Below, piece by piece: positions 34,886-44,605 of a stretch of DNA of 64,000 nt. Where the stretch lies: positions 2,016,001 to 2,080,000 of the forward strand of contig CAWGMQ010000010.1 of NCBI GenBank assembly GCA_963823665.1, in the 5' to 3' direction. Positions within the stretch are counted from its first letter, which is position 1. The number at the start of each line of letters is the position of its first letter. Origin of the DNA: an uncultured Planctomycetota bacterium. GTDB taxonomy: Bacteria; Planctomycetota; Planctomycetia; Isosphaerales; Isosphaeraceae. The notes under the pieces are model-generated. The model saw only the letters and a list, made by a program, of their open reading frames with translations. It did not search any database and was not told the origin of the DNA. The position numbers were made by a program, and so were the translations under genes.

Positions 34886-35131
34886 CCGCTCGTCCTTGAG
34901 GAGTTTGCGCTTGTCGGGAATCCGGCCCAACAAGCAATAGTCGATCGACTCCTGGCTCGTGCAGGGCTCATTCATGAGCGTCCTCAGCGAATGGTCCAAT
35001 GGGCCATGCCAGCGCAGGACTGTCTATTGATCGACGAATGCGGGTTATGACTTTAGTAGCGGATTACGCGATTGGGAGAAATGGAGACGGTAGAAGGGTA
35101 AATCGGCCCGACAAGGCGCAGCAGAAGACCC

Positions 35132-35719
35132 CTAGTCGTTCAGTCCCCTGCCCTCGAGGATTTGCTGCATCCACTTTTCAACCCTCGACTCCCGAGTTTT
35201 GGATTGTTTGGGCGCAGAAAAATGGAGGATGTACGCTCTTTGCCGTCCCGGCGTCAGCGCATCAAAAGCGGCTTTCAAGGCAGGGATTGCATCTAGTTTA
35301 TTTTGAAACTCTTCAGGAATTGAGAATTCCGATGACTTTTTGAAATCCACTTTCAAGCCGGCTTCTTCCACCAGAATGGCTTCACGAATATAGGCTTTCA
35401 AGGTGGTTTTCAACTTGACTATTTCCCGAACATTGGTGAATCGGATCTGGCGCCCCGCCTGCACATTCTTGGTTTGCTGGATCAGAATACCATTGGCATC
35501 ATGCAACAAGGCGCCTTTGAAAAACAAAAGCGCACAGTATTCTTTAAATATATGTATCAAAACAATATTATGTTTCTGAAACGTGTAACACGGAACACCC
35601 CACTTCAATTCTTCGGTAAGCTGACAGTCAAGAACGATCGTTCTCAAAACCTCCAATTCTTCCTGCCACTTCTTGGCTTTACTAAAATAAAAATCAACCT
35701 TCGGGTTCATTTTGTTCAT
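35132..35719 (-). CDS. YdeI/OmpD-associated family protein (DUF1801)
   Basis: EELKWGVPCY, FFKGALL, FDALTPGRQRAY and KQSKTRESR. Confidence 0.88.
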   Translation of the reverse strand: MNKMNPKVDFYFSKAKKWQEELEVLRTIVLDCQLTEELKWGVPCYTFQKHNIVLIHIFKEYCALLFFKGALLHDANGILIQQTKNVQAGRQIRFTNVREIVKLKTTLKAYIREAILVEEAGLKVDFKKSSEFSIPEEFQNKLDAIPALKAAFDALTPGRQRAYILHFSAPKQSKTRESRVEKWMQQILEGRGLND

Positions 35720-36999
35720 TGATTGATACTCCGAAAGATGTCGCCTCCATCGCCCTGGCAGAGGGTGATGCGGCGGCGCAAGAATTCTTGATCGGCGCGG
35801 GCAGTAGTAAAGCGTAAGGCTTCCCGCCAGGCGCGTAGGGCGGCGGAGTGTCGACCGAGCCGGAAATTTAGCTCGCCGATCACCACGTGCCAACCGGGAT
35901 AACGGGCGGGAACGTTGCTGGGAAGAACGGCGGCCAGGCGATCGAGGCCGGCTTGCGGGCCGTGCAGGTAAGCTTCGGCGACCGCACGGTTCAAGGAGTG
36001 GAGCGGCGACGGCGCGATGCGATCGAGCGTATCGTAAAGTTCGGCGATCCGTCGCCAATCGGTGTCGGCGAAGGAGGGCGCGCGGCAGTGCTCCCAGGCG
36101 ATGCCCGCTTCCACGTGATAGCGCGAGAGCTCGTCGCCCGCGGCTGACCTGGCGAGCCATGCCATGCCTTCACGCACGTCGCTCCAGTTCCAGGCGGAGC
36201 GATCCTGTTCTTCGAGCAGAACGATGGCGCCGCCCTTAGCGACGCGCGCGTCGAAGCGGGCCCCGTGGAAGCACAAGAGCGCGAGCAGGGCATGGACCGC
36301 CGGGACGTCCTCGACGGGATGGGCGGCGAGCATCCGCGCCAGCCGGCGGGCCTCGTCGCACAGGTCGCGGCGGATTGGCACGTCGCCGTGGGTGACGTGG
36401 CAGCCCTGGCTGAAGAGGAGATAGATGACCGCGAGGACCGCGTCCAGCCGAGCGCAAAGCTGGGCCGCAGCCGGCGTCTCAAAATCCACGTCCAGCTTGC
36501 GCAGCCGATCCCGCGCCCGCTCGATCCGCTTCTGGACGTTGGCCTCGGTGGTGAGTAGCGCGCGAGCGATCTCCGCGGTGCTGAAACCGCATAGCGTCCG
36601 CAGCGCCATGGCGACGCGCGATTCGGCCGGCACCGCTTCGTGGCAGCAGACGAAGAGCAACCGAAGGGGCTCGTCGCCGATCTCGTCCACGAAAAAGGTG
36701 TCCGGCGGCGACGATTCCCGCTCGGCCTCATCGGCCAGGCGCGGCAACGCGTGGGCGTGGGTTCGCTCCCGCCGCAGCGCGTCGATCGCCAGGTTGCGGG
36801 CGGTGCGGAAGAGCCAGCCCGCCGGGTCTTCAGGTACGCCGCGCCGGGACCAGGTTTCCAAGGCCTGCACGAGCGCGGCTTGCACGACGTCCTCGACGAG
36901 CTCGAGCCGGCGCACGCCGAGCGACCGGGTCAGCAAGGCGACAAGCCGGCCGAACTCGTGGCGAAAAAAGTGCTCCACCAGCGCGCACGGTTCGCTCAT
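35716..36999 (-). CDS. ECF42-type RNA polymerase sigma factor (sigma2/4 plus DUF6596/TPR extension)
   Basis: EDVVQAAL, RNLAIDALRRE, LRLLFVCCH, CGFSTAEIARAL, DRSAW and TDWRRIAELYD; lies next to a YciI gene. Confidence 0.88.
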   Translation of the reverse strand: MSEPCALVEHFFRHEFGRLVALLTRSLGVRRLELVEDVVQAALVQALETWSRRGVPEDPAGWLFRTARNLAIDALRRERTHAHALPRLADEAERESSPPDTFFVDEIGDEPLRLLFVCCHEAVPAESRVAMALRTLCGFSTAEIARALLTTEANVQKRIERARDRLRKLDVDFETPAAAQLCARLDAVLAVIYLLFSQGCHVTHGDVPIRRDLCDEARRLARMLAAHPVEDVPAVHALLALLCFHGARFDARVAKGGAIVLLEEQDRSAWNWSDVREGMAWLARSAAGDELSRYHVEAGIAWEHCRAPSFADTDWRRIAELYDTLDRIAPSPLHSLNRAVAEAYLHGPQAGLDRLAAVLPSNVPARYPGWHVVIGELNFRLGRHSAALRAWREALRFTTARADQEFLRRRITLCQGDGGDIFRSINQ

Positions 37000-37009
37000 G
37001 TGGGTTCGC

Positions 37010-37345
37010 TCATGCGTAGCCGGCAAATTCGCGGATCTCGATCGTGTGGCCGGGCGGGCACGCACGTGCGACCTCGAGCGCCGCGTCGTAGTTGTCGGCC
37101 TGGATGACCCCGAAGCTGACGATGATTTCCTTGGCTTCGACATAGGGACCGTCGGTCACGAGTGCGTCCTTCAAGACTCGGCCGGTTGGCTTCAATCCGT
37201 CGCCGCCGGGCAAAATTGCCGAGCTGAACTTCTGCATCCATGTGTACCAGGCTGCCTGCAAAGCCTGCATTTCCTCAGGAGACGGCTTGCACCCTTTGGC
37301 GTGGCTCTCCGTGGATTCGCGATAGATGAACAGAAACTTCGCCAT
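37010..37345 (-). CDS. YciI/DGPF family protein
   Basis: VTDGPYVEAKE and IEIRE motifs. Confidence 0.9.
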   Translation of the reverse strand: MAKFLFIYRESTESHAKGCKPSPEEMQALQAAWYTWMQKFSSAILPGGDGLKPTGRVLKDALVTDGPYVEAKEIIVSFGVIQADNYDAALEVARACPPGHTIEIREFAGYA

Positions 37346-37407
37346 GACGGTTCTCCACACGGTTTCGCACTCGCGGGCGGAGGCCTGTCCTCCGCGTCGT
37401 GTGAGTA

Positions 37408-37435
37408 CAACGAACAAGCTGCAACCGTTCGGACA
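37408..37435 (-). promoter_or_regulatory. Putative ECF42 autoregulated promoter
   Basis: Minus strand TGTCCG-N17-CGTTG upstream of yciI, loosely resembling the TGTC...CG(A/T) motifs described for ECF42. Confidence 0.35.
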
Positions 37436-37677
37436 CCGGCGCGGGATAAAAACTTCGACGCGCCGGATACGACGACCGAAATCCTTATTTCTAAGTGATA
37501 TAGGGCGAATTCGCTCGCGCGAATTGCCCGGCCCGACTTGAGTACCCCGGTCGATCCAGCGTGCTCGGGCTGCTCGACTTCTTGCGGGCGGGCTCATGGG
37601 AGGCCATGATGACCAGTTCGACTGGGGGGACAACTTGTTACGGATCGCCGCCGTTGGGAGGAATAGGGGGAACAGCC

Positions 37678-37917
37678 GTGGATGTCACGCTCGAATACTG
37701 TGCACTTTGAAACTATGAACCTCAAGCCGTCAGTTTGACGGCCAAGCTCTTGCCGCGTTACAAGCAGGCGATCAGTCGTTTCGTCATGATTCCCTCCAAG
37801 GGAGGCTGCTTCGAGCTTACTGTGGGTGGCAGGAAGCTCTACTCGAAGCTCAAGACAGGCACTTTCCCCGACGAAGACGAACTCATTGAAGCCGTGGGCA
37901 AGGTGATCGGGGCTTGA
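37678..37917 (+). CDS. Rdx/SelT/SelW/SelH family selenoprotein (CxxU, UGA at 37708-37710)
   Basis: GTG start after a purine-rich RBS; reads MDVTLEYCAL-U-NYEPQAVSL...GGCFELTV.G..LYSK..TGTFPDE. Confidence 0.88.
37711..37745 (+). promoter_or_regulatory. Putative bacterial SECIS hairpin
   Basis: GCCGTCA (37726-32), GTT loop, TGACGGC (37736-42); the G-containing loop starts 22 nt after the UGA. Confidence 0.7.
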
Positions 37918-37976
37918 GCACGCGTCAGCCAGGTCAGCCGTCCCGCGCCCGCCGCGGGGTGCGCTTGGGAACGTGA

Positions 37977-39441
37977 TCACGCCCGCGGTTGCCGGGCGGC
38001 GATGGTCCGGTCTGCCCACGACTTTGACCGAGCGTTCGGGATCGTGCCGCCGAATGCCAGATTGGCCGAGTGGGTCGCCAGGATCGTCGTCATGATGACC
38101 AGCTCGCCCACGCTGCGTGTGAAGTTGTCGCCGCGTGCCGGATCAATCGGCGAAACGGAATCGGTGGCCGTGAGCGGAGCGCGCTGCGCGATATCGACGT
38201 CAGAGGCGCTGGCGGCGCTCGCGCTCATCACTGTCGGGGCGGTGAATGAGGCGGATTCGGCCTGATCGGTCAGGAATACCTCTCTATGGAGGTCGAAAAC
38301 GGCGTCGCCTCCGGCCTTTTCCTCGGCCTCGGCCGGCGCCGGAACGCCGACGGCGTCAGAGACAGTCGAACCCGGCAACTCGCGCGTGCCGGCAAACGGA
38401 TCGAAGGCGAACATCTCTGGCTTGCTGACGTCTTGGCCGGGTCCGAGGGAAGTTGAGCTCGGCGCGGAATTGGCGATGGCGGCGGTGCCGGCGACGGTGC
38501 TGAGATTCGCACCATCGCCCGGATTGCCGGTCTGGCCCATGATGGGGCTACCGCTGCCGCTCGTGCCGATCAGGCTTGCAGAAGCGCTCACCGAGCCCCC
38601 AGCGCTAGCGAAGAGAGCACCGGCTATCGCGATGGGGCTGGTTCCCTGCGTATTCTGGGTAACGAGTATTGGGGACGCGGTCGAAATGTTGTCGGAAAAC
38701 CTGCCGGCCACGGCACCGTGGAGGCGTTCGAAATTCTCCGGCGAACCTGTCCATGAACGCCGGAACGGGCGCGGGGGCGGTGGTTAACCCTCCGATCGTC
38801 GCCGAGTTCGTGGCGAGGGTGCCGTAGACCAGGGTCAACTGGCCGGTGACGACGGGAATTCCTCCTGCGGTGCTACCGGAGCTTGACCCCGAGGCGGTAT
38901 TCGTCGTTGTACCGGGGTTCGCGGTCGTCGTCGCGTTGCCTGGTGTGTTTGTCGCGTTACTCGCTGCGCTGGTCGCGTTGCCTGCTGGATTTGTTGCAGG
39001 GCTTGGCGAGGTCGAAACCGCGCCTCCGGCGGAGGATGCCGAGTTGCTGGCGACTGTGCCGGCCGCTCCCGAGCCGGTGGCGGAGTTGCTCGACGACGCG
39101 GAATCCGACCCGTTGACCGGGCCTCCGCCGCTCCAGATCGCACCACCGGCCTGCGCGGGATTGCCCGGTAACAATGGACCGCCGATCGTCACGATCCCCG
39201 AGGCGACAAAGGTCCCCTCGAGACTACCGATTGTGCTGATCGCGGCGATGCTCGCGCCGGGGGTTCCGATGTCCGCAACATGGGTCAAGTTCATGACGTG
39301 GATCGACGGTGATCCCGAGAGCATCAGGCGACCCTCGAGCCAATCCGGACGAAGCTCCGACGTGCGACCTCGCTGGTGATTCGTGGCGCGCGACAGATTC
39401 GGAAAAAGTCGAGAACGTGTGATGCGTTCGATGCGGTCCAT
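37977..39441 (-). CDS. Secreted Ser/Thr/Ala-rich planctomycete protein, frameshift near 38760
   Basis: LRPDWLEGRLMLS resembles the planctomycete LEPR-XLL motif; low-complexity body continues in the second frame. Confidence 0.55.
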
Positions 39442-39709
39442 CGGTGCTCCTTCACGGATTGGGGCAAGGCAAAAGTGGCCCACTGAAACCGGCAACGACT
39501 TTGGCGCAGCAACATAAAATGCTGGCGACGATCCAGGTGACGTGTTTATGCACGGTATTCGCGAATGGTATCTCCGACGATTGGGGTGACGCAATACGGC
39601 GGCGAAAAAGACGGTCGGGCTGCATAGAGATCATTTATTCACTTGGAGGTCCAACTCATATGGCGTGTTCGCCGCCACGGCAGGAAAAACCATCCAGAAA
39701 ACGCCAGCC

Positions 39710-40337
39710 TATGGAGACGCTCGAGGAGCTCAAGCGGCTGCGGACGATCCCGAAGGTCAAGCCGGCCGAGGCAGGCGGCAAAGTCGAGGCCACGATCCCC
39801 TTCCCGAGCGCCGGCCGCGACGTTTCGGCGGCCGACGTGGCGCAATCGCTCTTGACCGGCCGGTTCATGCCGAATGGGGACGGATCGAACGCTCCAGAGG
39901 TGGCTCAGGAAACGACTCCGCCAGCCGAAAGCGGTTCGGAAGTCATTTCCTCCTCGTCGCTGTCTCTGCCAGGGGGCGAGTCGCGGGGCAAATCGCGGCG
40001 CCAGGCGTACTGGCAGGGCGTGGCGCGGATCGGGCAGCAGGTGGCCGAGGCACTAGCGTACGCCCATGGCCAGGGAATCATACACCGCGACATCAAGCCG
40101 TCGAACCTGCTGCTCGACAACAAGGGGACGGTCTGGGTCGCCGACTTCGGCCTGGCGAAGGCCTCGGACCAGCAAGACCAGACGCATACGGGAGACCTCC
40201 TGGGCACGCTGCGCTACATGCCGCCGGAAGCCTTCGGCGGCAAGGCCGACGCCCGCGGTGATATTTATTCGCTTGGCCTGACGCTCTACGAGCTGCTCGC
40301 ATTCCGCCCGGCGTTCGACGAGGGGGACCGGGACCGA
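39710..40337 (+). pseudogene. Ser/Thr kinase internal fragment
   Basis: HRDIKPSN, DFGLAK and GTLRYMPPE present; no Gly-loop or VAIK N-lobe; truncated at the C-terminus. Confidence 0.8.
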
Positions 40338-41400
40338 AACGATCACGGGCCGGGCGGCGAGCGTGACGGTCGACGCCGGCGGGAACAGCCGGGTGTTCCA
40401 GGTCGATGCCATTGTCACCGCGTCGATCTCGGGGATGACGATCAGCGGAGGAAGCAACGCGTCTTACGGCGGGGGCCTGCTCAACAGCGGGCGGGGCACG
40501 ATCGGGATCACCGGTTGCACCGTCGGCGACAATTCCGCGAGCTCCGGCGGCGGGCTCTACAATAATGACGCCACGGCGAATCTGGATGCCACCACGATCG
40601 GCGGCAACTCCGCGGGCTCGGGCGGTGGAATTGACAAAATGGACGATGGCGGCGCCACGCTCGAAGACACGATCGTTGCCGCCAATACGGGGACAGGCGG
40701 CACGCCCACTGACATCGGCGGTGCCAGCGCTACGGGAGTCGTCGGCACGTATGATCTGGTGGGGACCGGCAGCGCCGGGGGAATCGCCGGCGGCACAGGC
40801 GACATTGTCCTCTCCAGCCTGAGCGGCTTGGGGCTTGCCTCGCTCGGCGACTACGGCGGTTCGTCCGAGACCATGCCCTTGCTACCCGCCAGCGCCGCGA
40901 TCGATACCGGCACCACGATCCCGGGGGTCTCAACCGACCAGCGCGGCCTCCCCCCTCAAGCTCGACGCCCGACATCTGTGCGTTCCAGAGCCAGGGATTC
41001 ACGTTCTCGGTCGTCGCCGGCAGCACCCCCCAGCTCGTGGCCACCGACGCCGAGTTTGCCAATCCGCTGGCGGTCATCGCCACTCCGATCAATCCCGTCG
41101 AGCCGGTGGCTGGCGGGGTCGTGACGTTCACCGTCAATCCGGGCCCGAACGGTGCCGGGGCCACCCTCTCCCCGGCGACTGCGATCATCGGATCAGCCGG
41201 AATTGCCGAGGTCACCGCCACGGCCAATTCCATCGACGGGCCTTACACGGTCACCGCAACGGCCGCGGGCGGCACGCCGACGATCGATTTCGATTTGAAG
41301 AACCTGATCAGGCTCACGTTCTCGGGAGTAACCAATCAGAGCATCACCTACGGCCCATCGAGCGAGACCCTTTCCGGCACGCTGGCCAACGGCACTCAAA
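40338..41400 (+). pseudogene. Fragment of a beta-helix (choice-of-anchor Q-like) / Ig-repeat surface protein
   Basis: VDAGGNSRVFQVD, GGGLYN, LGDYGG..ETMPLLPASAAIDTG..TDQRG and QSITYG; no proper start or end. Confidence 0.75.
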
Positions 41401-41889
41401 ATGCCGATCAAGATCATCTACAGCGGCGATTCTGATTTCATGTCCAGCACGGCGACTCCGCCGGAGCTCGCGCGGTCGGGACTCAAGAGCCTGGCGCGGC
41501 CGATGATCGGGGAGACAGGGCACGCAGCGCAACGCCAACACTTTCGCGGTGGTCCGAAGATGTAGGCAGCCCTAACCCATTTCATTCTGGAACGGTTCGG
41601 ATCTCCCGACGGTGCCTGGGCCCGACGAATCCCCTCGAAGGATACCACCGCGCGCGGGAGAATTGCTACTTTCGGAATGCTGCGAATGGCTGGACCTGCC
41701 GCCAAAATCGCCTTCAAAATGGACCCGAAATACAGCCATATCTGAATGCTGGTGCTGGAGTAGGTCCTGGCCTGAGTGTGATGTCCCAAACATGCGCATT
41801 CGCTGAATTGTCGGAAATTTCATTTTTCCTGTCCTGCTTTCCTAGGTACGCGCTGGGTATAGTGTATGGGTACCTTCTTGGCCAAGACG

Positions 41890-42085
41890 CCCCACGACCC
41901 GGTCGACCCGAACGAGCAGGTCAGCGGCGGCGACCGCAGGGCGCTGCCAACGCTCTTCGAGCAGCATCGCGAGCGGCCCCGGCGGTTGGTGGATCTGCGC
42001 CTGGACCCCCGGATTCGAGCCCGGCTCGACGGGTCGGAGCTCGTCCGGGATGCGTTCCTCGACGTCGCCCGCGAGCGCAACGAGC
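41890..42085 (+). pseudogene. Truncated planctomycete ECF sigma factor N-terminus
   Basis: GDRRALPTLFEQHRERPRRLVDLRLDPRIRARLDGSELVRDAFLDVAR matches the sigma2 start; the rest is missing. Confidence 0.7.
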
Positions 42086-42193
42086 GACCGGAGTTGGTGT
42101 ACGCGCCGTTCGCGTTGGCTCGACATTGGCGAGGAAAGCCGCCGGACACAGGCCACTTGAGGATCACCGGCTGAACCACGGGACGCAAATCTG

Positions 42194-44605
42194 ATGATCG
42201 GCAACACGGTTCGCAACTATCGCATCGTCGCCAGGCTCGGCGCGGGCGGCATGGGGGAAGTGTTTCTCGCAGAAGACACACGGCTCGACCGGAAGGCGGC
42301 GATCAAGTTCTTGCCGGCCGAAGTGGCGAGCGACCCGGACCGTCGCCAGAGGTTCTTGACCGAGGCCAAAGCTGCTTCGGCGCTCAATCATCCGCACGTC
42401 TGCGTTGTGTACGACGTTGGGGAGACCGAAGATGGGCTGCCTTTCATCGCGATGGAGTTCGTGGAAGGGCTGACGCTCGGCGCGCTCGTGAACCAGGGAC
42501 GACCCGAGATCCCCACAGTCGTCCAGATCGCCGTCCAGGTCGCCGACGCGCTCGATGCCGCCCACTCCCGCCGGATCGTCCATCGTGACATCAAGCCCGA
42601 AAATATCAGCATCAATGAGCGCGGCGAGATCAAGGTCCTGGACTTCGGCCTGGCCAAGCGCATGTTCGAGGAATCCGCGGACTCGCTGGGAAAGACGGCC
42701 GACGCAGGGCAGACGCAGGACGGGCAGCTCCTCGGAACCCCCAGGTACATGAGCCCCGAGCAAGCGCTCGGCAAGGCCGTTGATCATCGCAGCGATCTCT
42801 TCAGTCTTGGCTCGGTCATCTACTTCCTGGTCACAGGCCGCCCGCCGTTTGCGGGGGCCAGCATGGGTGAAGTGCTGGACAACGTGGTCCACAAACAACC
42901 CGAGGCCCTGGCCCGTTTCAATTATGACGTCCCACCCGAGCTGGAACGGATCACGCTCAAGCTCCTGGCAAAACAGGTCGACCGCCGATACCAGTCGGCT
43001 CGCGATCTGCTTGTGGATCTCAAGAACCTGCACCGCGATTTCAATGACTCGCCGGCTCACCACCTGGCTGCGGCAACCCCGTCGATTCCGACACCGAAAG
43101 AGATCGCCGAGAGCGATATCGTCATCACCTACGCGAACCTGGATGACCGACCGGTCATGTCGGGGCGTCAGGGGTGGGTTTCGCAGCTCGAGCAAAACCT
43201 CCAGTTGCGCGTCGCGCAGCTTTCGGGTAAGCAGGTGGCCGTCGTCAAGCAGCCAGACGCGTCGGAGTCCGCCGACGTCGAATCGGCGATCCTCCAGCAG
43301 ATGCCGCAGGCCAAGACGGTCGTCTCGGTCCTCTCTCCCCCCTTCGCCCGGTCGAACGGGTGTCACCGGATGGTCGATACGTTCGCGAAGAGTACGCAGG
43401 CATCCGGGCGCTTCGAAGTCGGCAGTCGCTCGCGATTGTTGAATGTCATCAAGACGCCGGTGGACGCCGACGACTTGCCCCCCAACCTGCGTGCGCTTTA
43501 CACCGGTCTGGTACCCTACGAGTTCTTCGAGCGCGACCCGGTTTCGGGCCGGATGCGAGAATTCGACGAGGCGTTCGGAAGCACCGCTCTGCAACGCTTC
43601 CACGAGCGGGTTTATGACGTCGCCTACGACGTCTCCCAGGTGCTCAAATACCTGGGGGAAGGCCTCTCCGCTGGCGACAAGCGAACCGCGAATCCCAAGA
43701 CCATCTTTCTCGCCGCCACGACTTCGGACCTCGAACCGCAGCGCGATCAGTTGCGGCGCGAGCTGATCGAACTGGGGCACACGGTCGTCCCGAAGCAGCC
43801 GCTGCCCTTGGTTGCCAGCGAGCTGGTCGCGGTGGTGCAAAGTTGCCTCGTGCAGGCCGACGTCGCCATTCACTTCGTCGGTGAACACTTCGGACTCGTC
43901 CCCGAGGCGACTGATCTGTCGATGGTCGCTCTGCAGAACCAGGTGGCTGCCAGGTTCTGCGAGAACTCGTCGCTCAAGCGCCTGATCTGGATTCCCAAGG
44001 GACTAGTGCCCAGAGATGAGCGCCAGAGTTTGTTCATCCGTCAACTCGAGACCGATCCCCGCTCTGTCACCGGCGCCGAGCTGATCGCCGATACGCTCGA
44101 GAATCTCAAGGTGCTGTTACGCACCCGCTGGGAGCGAGAGCAGGCCGAGCGCGACAAGCCGGCACCAAAGCCGTCAGCCGGCGGCGCACCGCGCGTCTAC
44201 ATGATTTGCGACCAGAACGACGAGGCCGCACTCGAGCCGCTCGAAGACTTCTTCTACGCGCAGGGCATCGAGGTCAGCCTGCCGGGATTCGAGGCGGAAG
44301 AATCCGAGGTGCAGCAGATCCACATCCAGAACCTGCGCGATTGCGACGCGGCGCTCATTTATTACGGGGCAGCCGGCATGCATTGGGTGGACTTCAAGAT
44401 CCGGGACCTCCAAAAAGCGGCCGGCTATCGGGATTCGCGCCCCATACCAGTCAGCGCGGTCTATGTAGCACCTCCGTTCAATCACCGCAAGGAGCGCTTC
44501 AAGAGCGTCTCCACGGAAGTGATCCGGCAGGCGGAAGCCTCATTTGCCTCGGGATTACTCACGGAATTCGTCGCGGCCATCCGCCAGGCGAAGGAGGCCG
44601 TCTGA
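42194..44605 (+). CDS. Ser/Thr protein kinase fused to TIR-like, DUF4062-like and TIR-like domains
   Basis: Intact kinase (GAGGMG, AIK, HRDIKPEN, DFG, GTPRYMSPE); then DIVITYA..GWV, TIFLAATTSDL..RDQLRREL and RVYMICDQ..DCDAALIYYG. Confidence 0.88.
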   Translation: MIGNTVRNYRIVARLGAGGMGEVFLAEDTRLDRKAAIKFLPAEVASDPDRRQRFLTEAKAASALNHPHVCVVYDVGETEDGLPFIAMEFVEGLTLGALVNQGRPEIPTVVQIAVQVADALDAAHSRRIVHRDIKPENISINERGEIKVLDFGLAKRMFEESADSLGKTADAGQTQDGQLLGTPRYMSPEQALGKAVDHRSDLFSLGSVIYFLVTGRPPFAGASMGEVLDNVVHKQPEALARFNYDVPPELERITLKLLAKQVDRRYQSARDLLVDLKNLHRDFNDSPAHHLAAATPSIPTPKEIAESDIVITYANLDDRPVMSGRQGWVSQLEQNLQLRVAQLSGKQVAVVKQPDASESADVESAILQQMPQAKTVVSVLSPPFARSNGCHRMVDTFAKSTQASGRFEVGSRSRLLNVIKTPVDADDLPPNLRALYTGLVPYEFFERDPVSGRMREFDEAFGSTALQRFHERVYDVAYDVSQVLKYLGEGLSAGDKRTANPKTIFLAATTSDLEPQRDQLRRELIELGHTVVPKQPLPLVASELVAVVQSCLVQADVAIHFVGEHFGLVPEATDLSMVALQNQVAARFCENSSLKRLIWIPKGLVPRDERQSLFIRQLETDPRSVTGAELIADTLENLKVLLRTRWEREQAERDKPAPKPSAGGAPRVYMICDQNDEAALEPLEDFFYAQGIEVSLPGFEAEESEVQQIHIQNLRDCDAALIYYGAAGMHWVDFKIRDLQKAAGYRDSRPIPVSAVYVAPPFNHRKERFKSVSTEVIRQAEASFASGLLTEFVAAIRQAKEAV

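Noticed and set aside
35720..36160. Long N-terminal extension of ydeI in the ORF track
   Set aside because: It overlaps the ECF42 gene; YdeI similarity and the compositional shift begin at 35719.
37735..37917. 60-aa ORF starting at TTG
   Set aside because: It lacks the redox motif and is the post-UGA part of the selenoprotein.
44206..44604. N-terminal extension of the giant ORF from the TTG at 44206
   Set aside because: It overlaps the kinase gene out of frame and is Arg-rich junk. ATG 44605 has an AAGGAGG RBS and precedes the NPFPGL motif.
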